Part shown: one piece after another, positions 1-12,863 of the stretch | Numbering within the stretch: the stretch's first letter is position 1 | Layout of the letters: every line of letters starts with the position of its first letter | Translations under genes and position numbers: made by a program | The notes under the pieces: model-generated | What the model was told of the DNA's origin: nothing | Seen by the model: the letters and a program-made list of their open reading frames with translations, nothing else | Databases searched by the model: none | NCBI GenBank assembly: GCA_951406725.2 | Contig: OX597822.1 | Location: 61,132,001-61,196,000 of the forward strand | DNA: 64,000 nt | Reading direction: 5' to 3' | DNA from: Octopus vulgaris | Taxonomy: Eukaryota

Positions 1-155
1 GCCTTTACGTTCTGAGTTCAAATTCCTCAGAGGTCGACTTTGCCTTTCATCCTTTCGCGGTCGATAGATTGAGTACCAGTTACGTACTAGGGTCGATCTA
101 ATCGATTGGGCCCCTCTCCAAAATTTCGGGCTTTGTGCCTAGAGTAGACAAGAGA
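1..155 (+). mobile_element. SINE with Nin/Deu-like central domain (cut by window edge)
   Basis: gttctgagttcaaatt...ggtcgactttgcctttcatcctttc...gtcgat...gtaccag, a motif repeated many times in the window. Confidence 0.75.
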
Positions 156-189
156 TATTGTTCTTTGATGCTGAAACTGCGATTCTATA

Positions 190-745
190 ATAGTATGCTG
201 GTGTATTAGTGCTGTGAAGGTTTGGTATGGTGTGAAGGCTTGGTGGTATGTTGTGTTGGTATGGGAACAATGTGATGGTGTGTTATGATGGCGTTGTAAT
301 AATCGTGTAATTGTGGTAAGGTTGCAATGATGTGATAAAGTAATGGAGTTTGTTATAATGTTGTGATAATGTTGTGATGATGCAATGGAATAGTACTGTG
401 ATGGTATTGCAATAGCGTGGCGGTATAGTGATATAGTGATGGTGTTGTGATGCCGTGATGGTGTGACGTTGTCTTGATGTTATGTTGTGATGATGTTTTA
501 GTTATGATGGTGTAATATTGTAGAGTTGTAAATGCGTGATGTATAGTGTTGTGACAATGTTATGGTATTGTAATGGTATTGCAGTGTTGTGATGGTAGAG
601 TTGTAGTATTGTGATGGTATTTTAGTGTTGTGTTACGTCGTACTGAATTGTAGCAGAGATATAATGGTGTGAGATTGGGATGGCGAAATTTATGATAATA
701 CTGCGGTGTTTGATGGCGTTGGCTTGTGTTGGAGTAGTGTTGTGA
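190..745. repeat. degenerate GT-rich low-complexity tandem repeat (tgtgatggt-like units)
   Basis: recurrent tgtgatggtgt / gttgtgat units. Confidence 0.75.
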
Positions 746-746
746 T

Positions 747-1065
747 CAGGCCCATCGAGGCCCTAAGCACTTAAAAGATTTTGGTGTCCCTATAAAAGAT
801 TATGTAATTTAAAATATGAACAATAACAAATCATAAAATACATTTTTATTTTTCAAAACGAAACAAAACAGTAAGAGGGAAAATAATGTTTATTTTTGTG
901 TACTTTCACTTTATTTATATTTGAAAAGTTTCTTCCTACTTTTTTTAAATACAAAGTCTTTGTTCAGAGCTTCAAAATTAATCTTAGGTAACACATCTGC
1001 ATCTATACTTAGTGCCGTAAACCATCCTTCCCTTGATGTCGTAAGCACAAGGTTATTTTGCTTAA
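747..1065 (-). mobile_element. hAT transposon remnant (C-terminal dimerisation-domain fragment)
   Basis: ORF 911-1102 contains ALSIDADVLPKINFEALNKDFVFKKSRK, resembling hAT transposase C-termini; CAGGCCC-like end at ~747. Confidence 0.55.
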
Positions 1066-2273
1066 TGGTTAATCCAGTGCTGGTTGTGATGGTGTGAAGC
1101 ACTGCTCAAGGACTTATGGACGGACGAACTGTAGACAGGAACTTCGGTGCGAGATAGCTGGGGAGCTGGTCTGCAGTGAAGCGGACTTCCGGTGAGGCGA
1201 AACTTCTTCGAAGCACGAGATGACCGACGGCTCCCACCCTCATGCGTTTAACTAAATGTAACTAAATAAATCTTTCGCCAACACACTGTGATTCTCCGTT
1301 GATTTTTTTGTGTATAGCTCAGCTAAAGCTATAATGGTATGATTTTTGTGATGACATGATGTCATAGTGTTGTTTGCGAGAAACCGCCAGTGATATTTGG
1401 AATCAGAACTTTAGTTTGAGCTGTAATAAAACCCTTTACGTGATAATTTCTTTTCCCTTCTTTTTTTTCTTTTTTTTTTTAGTGCATACTAATTTGATAC
1501 GGTGACCCTTCATAATAGCGATTAGCAATGTTAAAAACAGTGCGTGTGAATGTAACTAGGAGTGCTTTATTTTGACATCCTTTAGGAGTAATTTCATTGT
1601 TGTCAACAACAAAGCACATGAATTGTTCCCCACGTCCTAATTGGTTTTTCAAGTCACATTAACTCATGAAGTGGCTTTCATCACATCGCCAAATTCTGAG
1701 CTAAAAACAATGCAAAAATAAAACCCAGCTCACTATGGCTTATTAATGTTTGCACATCACATGCCCATTCCTGACCAATCGGCGATGAAACACATTCGGT
1801 GCAATTTACTTTTAGAATGCTGTCGCTTGGAGTCCACGTTTAATCAATAAATAGAGATGACATTATTTCATTTTCTAGAGCAGTGAACCGACAGAATCGT
1901 TAAGAGCGCTGGAAAAATGGTTTGCGGGATTTTTTCTGGTATTTTACATGCTGAGTTCAGATCCCATCGAGATCATCATGACCGTTCATCCCTCAGTGAG
2001 TTGATGAAATATAATACCTGTATAGCACTGTAGTCCGTGGTATTGACTAACACCTCTAATCTAAAGTGCTGGCCTTGTGACTAAAGTTTAAAGCAATTAA
2101 GAGTGGCCAGCTGGCCGATTCGTTTAGATCTTTGGACATTTGTTCCAGCTCTTAAAATTCTGAGTTCAAAATCCGCTGAGGTTAACTTTGCATTTCTGAG
2201 ATCGATAAATTAAAGTACACGCCAAGATCTGTGGATAGTGGTATTCTCCCCACACCCATACACCCTTCAAAAA

Positions 2274-2324
<51 letters not shown>

Positions 2325-2642
2325 GAACAGAGACAGTCCCCAGTGTCAGACAAACAATTTATTAACTGTACCTGACACATACCAGAACGTTTTAATAACC
2401 ATTGCTATAATTATCATTATCAGCATCATCAGCATCTAGATCGTAGTCGTAATCATGATCACCCTCATCATCATTCTCCTAGTTCAAAGGATAGACTTTA
2501 ATTAAATTTGAATACAAAAAAAAATATATTCCAATATAATTATTTTTCAGAAGGCTGCACTCAGCCCTTCGTAAGTACGCAAGTTCCCCACTTCTGAGGG
2601 AGATTAATATCACAACTTGTGAATTTTATTATTGTTAACTAC

Positions 2643-2968
2643 TGGAACACTCCGTCGGTTGCGACGACGACGGTCCTAGCTGATACGATCAACGGAACAG
2701 CTTGCTCGTGAAATTAACGTGTAAGTGGCTGACACTCCACAAACACATGTACCCTTAACGTAGTTCTCGGGGAGATTCAGCGTGACACAGTGTGTGACAA
2801 AGCTGGCCCTTTGAAATACAGGTACTACTCCTTATTGCCAGCTGAGTGGACTGGAGCAACTTGAAATAAAGTGTCTTGCTCAAGGACACAACGCGCCGCC
2901 GGGAATTGAACTCACGACCTTACGATCATGAGCCGAATGCCCCTAACCACTAAGCCACACGCTTTCAC
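2643..2968 (-). mobile_element. tRNA-derived SINE (gtgtccttgagcaagacactt family)
   Basis: A/B-box-like head on minus strand; same family at 3455-3762 (+), ~39950-40160 (+) and 59415-59735 (+). Confidence 0.75.
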
Positions 2969-2984
2969 TTTGCTAACTATATGA

Positions 2985-3175
2985 GGGCGGCGGACAGGCA
3001 GAATCGTTAACACAACGGGCAAAGTGTTTAGCGGCATTTCGTCCGTCTTTACGTTCTGAGTTCAAATTCCGCCAAGGCCGACTTTGCCTTTCATATTTTC
3101 TGGGTCGATAAAATAAATACCAGTTGAATACTGGGGTCCCCTACCCCGCCTTGTTCCAAAATTTGAAACCATTAT
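2985..3175 (+). mobile_element. Nin/Deu-domain-type SINE
   Basis: ggcggcg...cagaatcgtta head plus core. Confidence 0.75.
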
Positions 3176-3389
3176 TGTTAACTATATGTTGCGTACACAT
3201 TTTAAAAATAATATTCTTTAATTCAGGTGAATTTAGATGCGTTACATTTAGGACATGTATGCATATATATGTGAAATAAAAAATACTCCTATATCATATT
3301 TTAGTTTTTACAGAAGCACAGTTATCTGGAAGTAATTTTACCTTGAGAAAGAGATTAAAGGGTGTATTACTAAGTACCTCTTACATGCG

Positions 3390-3440
<51 letters not shown>

Positions 3441-3454
3441 ATGCGTGTGTGTGA

Positions 3455-3762
3455 AGGCGCGTGGCTTAGTGGTTAGGGATATTCACTCACGGTCGAAATG
3501 TCGTGAGTTCGATTCCAGACAGCGTGTTGTGTCCTCGAGCAAGATACTTTATTCCACGTTGCCCCAGTTTTTTAAGCTGTCAAAAATGAGTAGTACCTGT
3601 ATTTCAAAGGGACAGCCTTGTTACATTTTATGTTACGCTGAACCTCCCTGAGAACTACGTTGAGGGTGTGCGTGCCTGTGGAGTGCTTAGCCACTTGCAC
3701 ATTAATTTCACGACCAGGCTGTTCCGTTGATCAGATCAACTGGAACCATCGTCGTCGTCGTC
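3455..3762 (+). mobile_element. tRNA-derived SINE
   Basis: ggcgcgtggcttagtggttaggg...gttcgattcc head; flanked by (CA)n and (TA)n. Confidence 0.75.
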
Positions 3763-3800
<38 letters not shown>

Positions 3801-3805
<5 letters not shown>

Positions 3806-4165
3806 GGTTCAAAGAGCCATGGAAAGGTCAATGCTTGGTATCTCGTTGAGAGAGCACATCAGTAGCGAGATCATCAGAAAGAAGTCTGGCGTGAGGGATG
3901 TCATCGCAGAGTATACACGCAGCAAGTTTAGTTGGGCTGGACACGTCGCCGGGCTCACCGATAATCGGTGGACCCGCGCAGTTGTCGAGTGATACCCGCG
4001 CGAGCGGAAAAGACCATCCGGAAGGCCTCCACGACGGTGGAGTTACGATTTCAGGAGGACGATTGGGATCACGTGGATGAGAAAGACGCGACCCAGAGAG
4101 GAGTGGACAGCGTGCTGTGACCAGCGGTGTCAAATAGATGCCCGACGGACTGGTCGGTCAAGGTG
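3801..4165 (+). mobile_element. RTE-clade LINE 3' fragment
   Basis: QRAMERSMLGISLREH...WAGHVA..TDNRWT..VVE*YPR..KR..GRPPRRW, typical RTE C-terminus; embedded in (TA)n. Confidence 0.8.
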
Positions 4166-4877
4166 ATATATATATATAGCGAGTGAGAGCGGGTGGGAGA
4201 GAGAAGCAGGAATTTGGTATTTTTTTTACATCTGTTAAGAACGTTTCTGCGATCAATAATAGGTAAACGACGATGGCAAATTGTAAATGCGACAATACGG
4301 TAACTTTGTCGCGCACCTAGAACATCCATATCCACTGACACACATACACACGCACGCGCACACATACATACAGACATACGTATGGGCACACACGCACGCG
4401 TATGTGTCTGAAAATTATGAACAGCCTTCATTGATTTTCGAAACTTATAGGGTTCTTATCAGAACTGTCTATATTACTTGACTAATCTCAGAGAAACAAA
4501 CTGCCACTCTGTTTATATACAGGGGGGAGCTACAAAAAAGAAAAAAATGCAAAATACCACTGTTTTAGATTTTCTAAAATTTCACCGCATTATGCGTCAA
4601 AGTTCGTTGTATAGAAAAATTTTATATTTGCAGCATATGATGCCTTGTCCTATTGTCCCATTAACATGAAAATTCTATACTTCTTTTGTTCACCAATTGT
4701 AAACAAACATGGTTCCCTCTTTCTTCTTTCTCTGCTAGTTAAAATTGTTCTACATATTTCTAATTCATACTATCCCCCATTGTTTCATGCGTTTTATTTC
4801 AATGTACTACTGTAAGTGTGTGAGTCAGGAATGGATGAGGTTAAGTATCAGCTATTCCAATTTGGATAAATAAAAAT

Positions 4878-5128
4878 AAATGCGCCCTTTTAAAGCTTAG
4901 CCAGGCTCATGGGCCCGGTTTCACATTTTCAATGGCGTATGTGTTCCCCAGCTGGACGGGACGCTAGTCCATCACAGCGTTACACATTTTTGCCAGCTGA
5001 GTGGACTGGAGCAACGTGAAATGAAATGTTTTGCTCAAGAACACAACGCGTCGCCCGGTCCAGGAATCGAAACCACAATCTTACGATCATGATGTTGACA
5101 CCCTAACCACTAAGCCACGCGCCTCCAC
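4878..5128 (-). mobile_element. tRNA-derived SINE (tail cccatgagcctggctaggctttaaaagggcgcatt)
   Basis: closely similar copy on + at ~58530-58770; related pieces at 51170-51447 and 63925-64000. Confidence 0.75.
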
Positions 5129-5389
5129 AGACTTTTGGATAAGGCTCGATTTATCGGACATAGACTTTTGTCGAATAATTTTAGTCAAACAGTGAATGAA
5201 AGCGCTCGCTTTCTGACATTCGATAATTCGTTATAACCACAGTTCAAATTTTATTCGTGATTTCCACCATATGCTGTTATTCTGAATCCTCTTCTGAACC
5301 TGTTCTTCTGAGACGTTTTCACTAGCTGTTTTGGCTCTACCGATGTTGACTTCTTTGACACCAGACATATTAATATTTCTCTTGTTTTA

Positions 5390-5652
5390 GCTCTCTCTTT
5401 CTCTCTCTGTCTTTCTGTCTCTCTCTCTGTCTTTCTGTCTCTCTGTCTTTCTGTCTCTCTGTCTTTCTGTCTCTCTGTCTTTCTGTCTCTCTGTCTTCCT
5501 GTCTCTCTGTCTTTCTGTCTTTCTGTCTCTCTCTTTCTCTGTTTATGTGTGTAAGCATATTTCTCCTTGTGTAAGAGAGGAGGTAAAGTGTTTTTGACAA
5601 TTGTGTTCAATAATTAAATTAATCTCTCTCTCTCCCTCTCTGTTGCACTCTC

Positions 5653-5720
<68 letters not shown>
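5390..5720. repeat. CT-rich minisatellite (ctctctgtcttt 12-mer) and (CT)n
   Basis: directly visible tandem units. Confidence 0.85.
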
Positions 5721-5721
<1 letters not shown>

Positions 5722-5959
5722 ATCTATATATTTTGTATGTTTCTGCGTGTACTAGTCTCCAGCGCTAAGACAGGCTGAATGTTCAGTCAGCCGTATGTCA
5801 AATCGTTAGCGTCCAACCAGTTGCGCCCAATCATCTCTCTTGCCACAGAAGATTGAAAAGTTATCCATTGAATATTATGGGACACGATTGCCTAAATCAT
5901 TTGGCTCCGATCTGAATTAAACGAACATACACAAATGCAGTTCTGACGCGAAGATATCA

Positions 5960-6305
5960 GGTGTGGCTGTGTGGTAAGAAGTTTGCTTCCCATCCACGTG
6001 GTTCCTGGTTCAGTCCCACTGCGTAGTACCTTGGATAAGTGTCTCCTGTCTCAGACTGACCAAAGCGTTGTGAGTGGATTTGGTTGAGGAAAACTAAAAG
6101 AAGCATGCCGTGTGTGTGTGTGTGTGTTTGTCTTGACGACTGGTATTGATGTATTTACGTCCCAGTAACTTAGCGGTTCGGCAATAGGAAACGGATAGAA
6201 TAAGTACCAAGCGTAAAAGAGGTAGATTCATTCGACTAAAAATTCTTCAAGGTGGTGCTCCAGCATGGCCACAGTCTAATGACTGAAACAAGTAAAAGAT
6301 AAAAA
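5960..6305 (+). mobile_element. octopus-type tRNA-derived SINE (gtggctgtgtggtaagaag head)
   Basis: same family at 9505-9905, 21338-21705, 54895-55290 (+) and 31460-31990 (-). Confidence 0.75.
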
Positions 6306-6491
6306 TATTCAGCTTTAGGAAGGAAAGGAAATCTTTGAGCTCTTATTTGGTCCTTATTTAGCTTGGTTAGTTTAATCAATTTGTTGTGCAATCTTTAGGT
6401 TTAGCGGACAATTTGAAAAATTTTCAAACAAAAATGCTTGGCTTCTGTCTCCGCTTCTCCTCGGAAAAGTTTGTCTATAGATCTATATATA

Positions 6492-6708
6492 TTGGTTTGG
6501 TGCATATTTATTGCAGCTTTTTTTTCAACAAATTTTATTCAACAACATGTAACAAAAACATCTTTAAATGATTATTCTGGAGCATATTCCCCGTCTACTT
6601 CAATTACTGCTTCCCATTTGCTTGGCAGACGGTCAGACCGTCATTAAAGATGTTTTTGTTGGATAAAATTTGTTGAAAAAAAGCCGCAATAATTATGCAC
6701 CAACCCAA
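6492..6708. mobile_element. mariner-type MITE
   Basis: long TIRs TTGGTTTGGTGCATA(T/A)TTATTGC...GCAATAATTATGCACCAACCCAA flanked by TA on both sides. Confidence 0.85.
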
Positions 6709-8599
6709 TACTACTGTTAGTTATTTTGTACACTTTTTGACTGTTCTTTTTTTTTGGGGGGGGGGGGTTATGTAGACTTCCTAGTACTATATTTTTATGT
6801 AGACTTTCGCTCGTACTATTCGGAGGTCTCCCAAAGGTCGACGCCTACATTCTTGTTATCGCTCATCCGCGAGCTACCTTCACAATAAATAAAATGTAGC
6901 TTTCTTCGGCTGAATTAAACTTATGCGTTTTCGAGATGAAGAATAACTTCATTGTAAAAATAATATTTGTTTATTTCGTATCAAATAAAGATACTGAATC
7001 AAATAGCCATTTGTTATTGCATAAAGGGACCAACTTTTCGGGCAGATTATTTTTCTCTTCTAGAAATTAATGGTTTCTAATTTATGCACAGGACCAACAA
7101 TGTTTTCGGTGAGGGAAGCATGTCGATATTATTGATCCCAGTACTTGATTGGTACTTTACTTTATGGAAGTGAACCTAGTATGTAAAGAGTCGAAACAAA
7201 TTTTGCAAAGCATTTTTCCTTCGCTCTAACGATCTTGTCCGAGCGCCGCCTTTCTTTTATATAATGAACAGTTTCAGTTTCCAAAATTCACGCTGAATCT
7301 GAACTTAGAAAAACCTGATCGCCATATTTCGTATATGACACTTTACAATATTTTCTGAATTCTTAGCTATGTAATGTTTTTGCTCTAATTTTATACACAC
7401 ATTTGACAACCGATAATATGCTGCAGTTTTAAATTTTCCTCATGTAGCAAGTCTTGGTGCATAATGCAGTAATATTTTGGAAGGAAACGAACTTTTTGAA
7501 GTGCTTAGTCGATCAAATCGAGCCCAGTACTTATTTTAAGTCTGACATTCATTCTATCGGACTCTATTTGCCGAACCGTTAATTTACAGACGCAAATACT
7601 TTAACGTCACTAGTCAAACGGTGCGAGGCAAACATAATCACTGAGGCACGCGCACTCCCCCACCCCGCACTCATATTCGTACATACTTATTTACGACGGA
7701 CTTCCACACGGTTTCCATCTGTCAAATTCACTCACAAGGCATTGGTTGGCCCAGGAGCCCAGGACGATTGGAGAAGACACTTCCTCAAAGTGCAGAGCGG
7801 TGGGACTGAACTCGAAGCCAATTGGTCACTTCTTAAGCACGTTTCCATGTGTATTTTCTCTGCCCACTATTTGTAGGAGGGTCGTGAAAATAGTGTCCTC
7901 AAGCACCTACACAATAAAGTACGATCAGAAACAACCGTCATTACATTATCCTGCTGGACTCCCAAGCGTGTCCAATTAAGGCGATGGATATTATTGGGCG
8001 ATCTCGTTCGAGGTCTCCTTCTGGTTGGCTCGCCTTCAAAAATCCGTATTGCGATCCTTTCCACAGCATTCTAATCACATGACCGTACTACCGAAGCTGT
8101 GACCTCCCAATGTGGAGAAGTAGCAGCTCGACCGGGAGAGGGTTCCTGAACTACGTACCCCCTTGAGTAACATTACTTCAAAGATATTTCGGAGGATCCC
8201 CATTTCGGTCGCTTGTATTCGTGATCGTACACTTTAGGTCGTTACTCAACTTTCACGAAGGATAGCGGAGGATAGGCACGAAATCGAAGATAGCAAGTTC
8301 AGCTTTTTATACTAATTTCTCTTCTATTGATCGAATGTTGACGCTAGCGCATTACTGTATCGGTATTAGCAATTCTTTAGAAGGAATATGACCGCATACC
8401 GCAGGACATGCTGTGCACTAGCGAAACTAGATTGTGTGCCAACTGGGGCGGCCCTTCCGTTTGCCGCTCCCGGATCCCACAAAAAACATATTACCTACAG
8501 CAGACCCAAAAGTGGTGGCCCTTTAAAAGTGCTGCCCGGGGCGGACCACCCCTCTCTAGCTACGTAGTGATGTTGTGGAAGATTTTGCTGGAGTTTGAA

Positions 8600-9025
8600 A
8601 TGAATAGGTAATTTGCGGTTGCTGTGAAGTTCCTATACGAATATTTGTGTTCAGGTAGAAGTTGTTAAATTGAAACCTTTCGACGTGCATGTTGGACTTC
8701 GACAGGGATGCATATTGTTACCTCTCTTTACTTATAATTTTTATGAACTGGACCGACAAACTTAACGGTCGTGGAAGTGCTATCACAATCGGTGAGTTTA
8801 AGATCGGTTGGCCAATATTTGCAGACGTCATGGTGCTACTTGGCCTCCAGCATGCACAGAATGGGTTCGCTGCTGAGTGCTGTAAGGTAGGGATTAGAAT
8901 AAGTGTTACGAAGACTGAGACATTGGTCCTATCTAGAAAGTATTCTCATGCCTTCCATCATTGAAGTGGAGCAGTTTAAGCATCTCGGAGCCGTATTCAC
9001 GAGTGATGTAAGGCTGAATTGGATG
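8600..9025 (+). mobile_element. degenerate RTE-like reverse transcriptase fragment
   Basis: GLRQGC, FAD(D) region, KTETLVL and VEQFKHLG remnants spread across frames. Confidence 0.6.
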
Positions 9026-9327
9026 ATACATACATGTGTGTGGAGAAACACACACACACACTCACACACACACACACACACATTAAGATTTCACTTTGGC
9101 ATAACGATACAAATAACCTGGCGTTAGAATTCAATACACATGTGCTTCAGTATAAAGAATTAGGCTAGTAGAAAGTGTTATAATAAATGAGAAGGAAACA
9201 AGAATTATATAATGAACTTCGTTAGCTTATAACTAAGCTTCTTCGGAGCATATAAAACTTTAGAAGCTCCGAGGAAGCTGAAAGGTAGAGCACTGTACTT
9301 TACAGTGGAAATGGCTGTTTATATATA

Positions 9328-9490
9328 GTTGAAATTTACAGAAAAACAAAAGATGAAGACAGGTGCATAACAACAAGCAGGTGTATCAGTTTGACGCTCG
9401 GGAAGGTGAGAAAGTCTTTAACGTTTCGAGCCTACGCTCTTCAACAGAAAGGAACACGCGGAAATAGACACAGAGAGAATAAAAAAACTT
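9328..9490 (-). mobile_element. Penelope-type terminal repeat with hammerhead-like motif
   Basis: minus strand cctttCTGTTGAAGAGCGTAGGCTCGAAACGTTaaagac; further copies at 9915-10072, 58860-59043 and 59860-60036. Confidence 0.55.
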
Positions 9491-9504
9491 TATATATATA
9501 TATA

Positions 9505-9905
9505 TAGGCGCTTGAGTGGCTGTGTGGTAAGTAGCTTGTTTACCAACAACATGGTTCCGGGTTCAGTCCCACTGCGAGGCACCTTGGGCAAGTGTCTTCT
9601 ACTATAGCCTCGGGCCGACCAATGCCTTGTGAGTGGATTTGGTAGACGGAAACTGAAAGAAGCCCGTCGTATATATGTATATATATGCGTGTGTGTGTTT
9701 ATGTGTCTATGTTTGTCCCCCTAGCATTGCTTGACAACCGATGCTGGTGTGTTTATGTCCCCGTTACTTAGCGGTTCGGCAAAAGAGACCGATAGAATAA
9801 GTACTGGGCTTACAAAAGAATAAGTCCCGGGGTCGAATTGCTCGATTAAAGGCGGTGCTGCAGCATGGCCGCAGTCAAAATGACTGAAACAAGTAAAAGA
9901 GTAAA
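9505..9905 (+). mobile_element. octopus-type tRNA-derived SINE
   Basis: full head-to-tail copy ending aagtaaaagagtaaaaga. Confidence 0.8.
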
Positions 9906-10235
9906 AGAGATATATATTTTCTCTCTCCTTGTTTCTTTCTGTGTTCCTTTCAGTGGAAGAGCGTAGGCTCGAAACGTTAAAGACTTTTTCACTTCCCAAG
10001 CGATATAGTAATACATCTGTTTGTTGTCTACACCACCTGTCTTCGTCGTTTTTTTTTTTTGTGAATTCTCCCTACACACACACACACACACACACACAGA
10101 TATATATATATGTATGTATGTTTGTATATACACACTTGTAAATGGAGGCGTGGTGTTCAATTAATTAAATGATAATAAATAAAATATTATTATTATATAT
10201 ATGTGTGTATATACGCTCTTCAACAGAAAGGAATA

Positions 10236-11411
10236 CTAGCATTAAAGACCCGTCGTTGCCGGGTCATAGTGCTAGTGCATGTATATACGTGTATATATAT
10301 ATATGTGTACATATTACATGTACATCTATATATATATACATCTACACATAAAATACAAAATACAAAGTTATATGTTGATATCGCTAGTGATAACAATACT
10401 CAAAATATATAACAGACTGGAATTGTTAGCCCGTCTCTTGTAATTTCGATCAATTGTATCTTGTCCTCCCTCTTGTATAGAAGTGTAGCTACAATCCAGC
10501 CTACCTCTACTTCTGGGGTGGGGTGGGGGCATTTTAAATTTTTTTCCGGGATGTCCTACGTCCCAGATATAAAGGTAAAAATAAAATATTTCCACTTTGC
10601 AAGTTCGAGTCGAGTACTCCCTTGCACGCTCCGTTGACTCGAACCTGGCTTCTATTGTGGCAAATTTACCGCCTCTGATTAGATACCTTTCATAGTCGCA
10701 CCAAGACACTTTTCGAAGGTGCTTTCCTCCAGGTGTTCAAATCTTTTTTCTCTACATTGTATATACTTTATAGACAATAGTCTTTTCTTTAATTTAATTG
10801 TTTATTATCCATCTGGACTATTCCATTTCTGCACGTTAATTTTATTTTTAATTTATCCCCATTCATGTGAAACCACTTATTCAAGTTTAAATCATTGATG
10901 CAATTTTATACCAATTGCTATTTTTACCTTTACCATGTTACTTTAGTTTGATTTTAATTATTACTTACTACATATAATTCAATTGTTATTATTATTTTTA
11001 TAGTTAAAGTGAAAGTATCTGACATAAAATAGAGAAACGTTGTTGTTTCACTTTTAACACGTAATACTGAAATAGTGGAGAAGATATGATATTGCTATGG
11101 GCTCGCTCTAGGCAAGAAGTTGAACACTTTTTTTGCCCATGAAACTACATGGACCCTAAGTAAGGCATGTGTAAAATTTGAATGGAATTGGTTGTGTAGT
11201 TCTCAAGTTTTAGGGAATCGTAGTGGAGAAGATATGATATTGCTGTGGGCTCGCCCTAGGCAAAAAGTTAAAAAATTTTTTTTGCCGATGACATTCCCCG
11301 GACCCTAAGTAAGGCATGTGTAAAATTTGAATGGAATTGGTTGTGTAGTTCTCAAGTTTTAGGGAAAACACACAGACAGACAGACACACATTCTCAGTTT
11401 TATATATATAA

Positions 11412-11414
<3 letters not shown>
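10236..11414 (-). mobile_element. non-autonomous Helitron with internal ~148-bp tandem duplication
   Basis: minus strand A|TC...(TGTC)n 5' end; 3' hairpin GACCCG-GCAACGA-CGGGTC then CTAG|T; duplication 11073-11220 / 11221-11365. Confidence 0.7.
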
Positions 11415-11484
<70 letters not shown>

Positions 11485-12096
11485 ATCATATACGCATATG
11501 CCTGCGTAGTAGACTTTCGGTATTGGCACGTTAATTATTTATGTTCATTCGTCACCAGATAGATTCCTTGAGAAGACCCATGTTATTGTTAGTAATTGAC
11601 CATGTCCCTTCAATATTACGAGGGTGACTATCATTAATCTCGCTGGGATATGAAAATAACGAAATTAAAGAAGAGGGAAGTAGATGAATGCATCTAAAAC
11701 ATAAAGATCAACAAACACAAAATTCGAAAGAAGCACAGTGGATCTGATGCACCAAAAATAATGTAGCAATAACAAAAGAACACATTCACACATGTCTATG
11801 TGAGCGCGCGAGCAAGTGTGTTTTATCTAAATGAGCATTTGTTTCCATATGCGGTCATGTGTCTGAGTGAGTGCGTGTATGTGTTGCGCGCGCTCACAAG
11901 TGTGTTTATTATGTATTTCCATTGTAGTCATGTGTTTGCGTAGATATATAAGTGCACGCGCGTATGTGTGTGCATACATGCAGGATCACTAGTCGAAAAA
12001 TTGAAATTAGCGTAAAATGGTTAGGTACATAAATAAAAGTAAAGCCGCAGCGAAAACGACGCAGAAGAAAAAGACTACATGCAGCAGCAGCAGCAA

Positions 12097-12167
12097 TAGT
12101 AGTAGTAGTAGTAGTAGTAATAATAGTATTGGTGGTGGTGGTGGTGGTAGTAGTATTGGTGGTTATG

Positions 12168-12210
<43 letters not shown>

Positions 12211-12264
12211 ATAATAGTATTGGTGGTGGTGGTGGTGGTGGTGGTAGTAGTATTGGTGGTTATG

Positions 12265-12310
<46 letters not shown>

Positions 12311-12490
12311 TAATGAGTGGTGGTGGTTGTGGGTAGTAGTAGTAGTAGTATAATGAGTGGTGGTGGTTGTGGGTAGTAGTAGGAGTAGTAGTAGTAGTGG
12401 TGTGGTGGTGGTAGTAGTAGTAGTAATGGTGGTGGTGTAGGTGGTGATGGTGAAGGTAGTAGTAGTAGTAGTAGTATAATGAGTGGTGGC
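12097..12490. repeat. compound (TAG)n/(TGG)n microsatellite upstream of gene A distal promoter
   Basis: directly visible. Confidence 0.9.
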
Positions 12491-12662
12491 AGATGCAAAT
12501 GAAAGAAGGAGAAGGGAGGGAGGACTATGACAGTGGAATGTAGCGAACAATTAAATATATATATATATATATAGTCGTCGAACTACTTACTATGCACACA
12601 CATATATGTAAGCGCATACACGCACACATATACATATGCAGATACACGCAGGTACGCATACG

Positions 12663-12670
12663 TATATAAA
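12663..12670 (+). promoter_or_regulatory. TATA box of gene A distal promoter
   Basis: TATATAAA about 24 nt upstream of TCAGAC and the first-exon homology block. Confidence 0.55.
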
Positions 12671-12686
12671 CCACTGACACCGATTC

Positions 12687-12863
12687 AGACATTCAAAACA
12701 AATCTTCGGCCTCATAAAGGATACATCAAGTCCGTGTGAGCGAATATTGCTGTACGACTACTGCTACTACAACTTCGGCGGTACCTACTCTAACAACAAT
12801 CACTATCTTCTCGATTTCATCTTTGTTTTTCGAATATCTTGAACGAAATCAAAAGCCACTATG
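12687..12863 (+). other. TUBA: gene A distal alternative first exon (5'UTR plus ATG only; ATG 12861-12863)
   Basis: gccactATG|gtaagatt donor; UTR alignable with 19893-20075; TATATAAA at 12663-12670; no other + strand tubulin body lies between it and 24160. Confidence 0.72.
12711..12740 (+). promoter_or_regulatory. conserved 5'UTR stem-loop, copy 1
   Basis: CTCATA-AA-GGAT-ACATCAA-GTCC-G-TGTGAG. Confidence 0.7.

Noticed and set aside
1105-1335. Possible solo LTR (GC-richer block with AATAAA)
   Set aside because: No clear TG...CA termini, TSD or second copy
3455-3530. tRNA-like A/B boxes as tRNA genes
   Set aside because: They are SINE heads continuing into SINE bodies; no complete cloverleaf seen
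12163-12550. Poly-Thr/Tyr/His and other low-complexity ORFs (also 5251-5610, 11210-11485, 57441-58165)
   Set aside because: Translations of microsatellites
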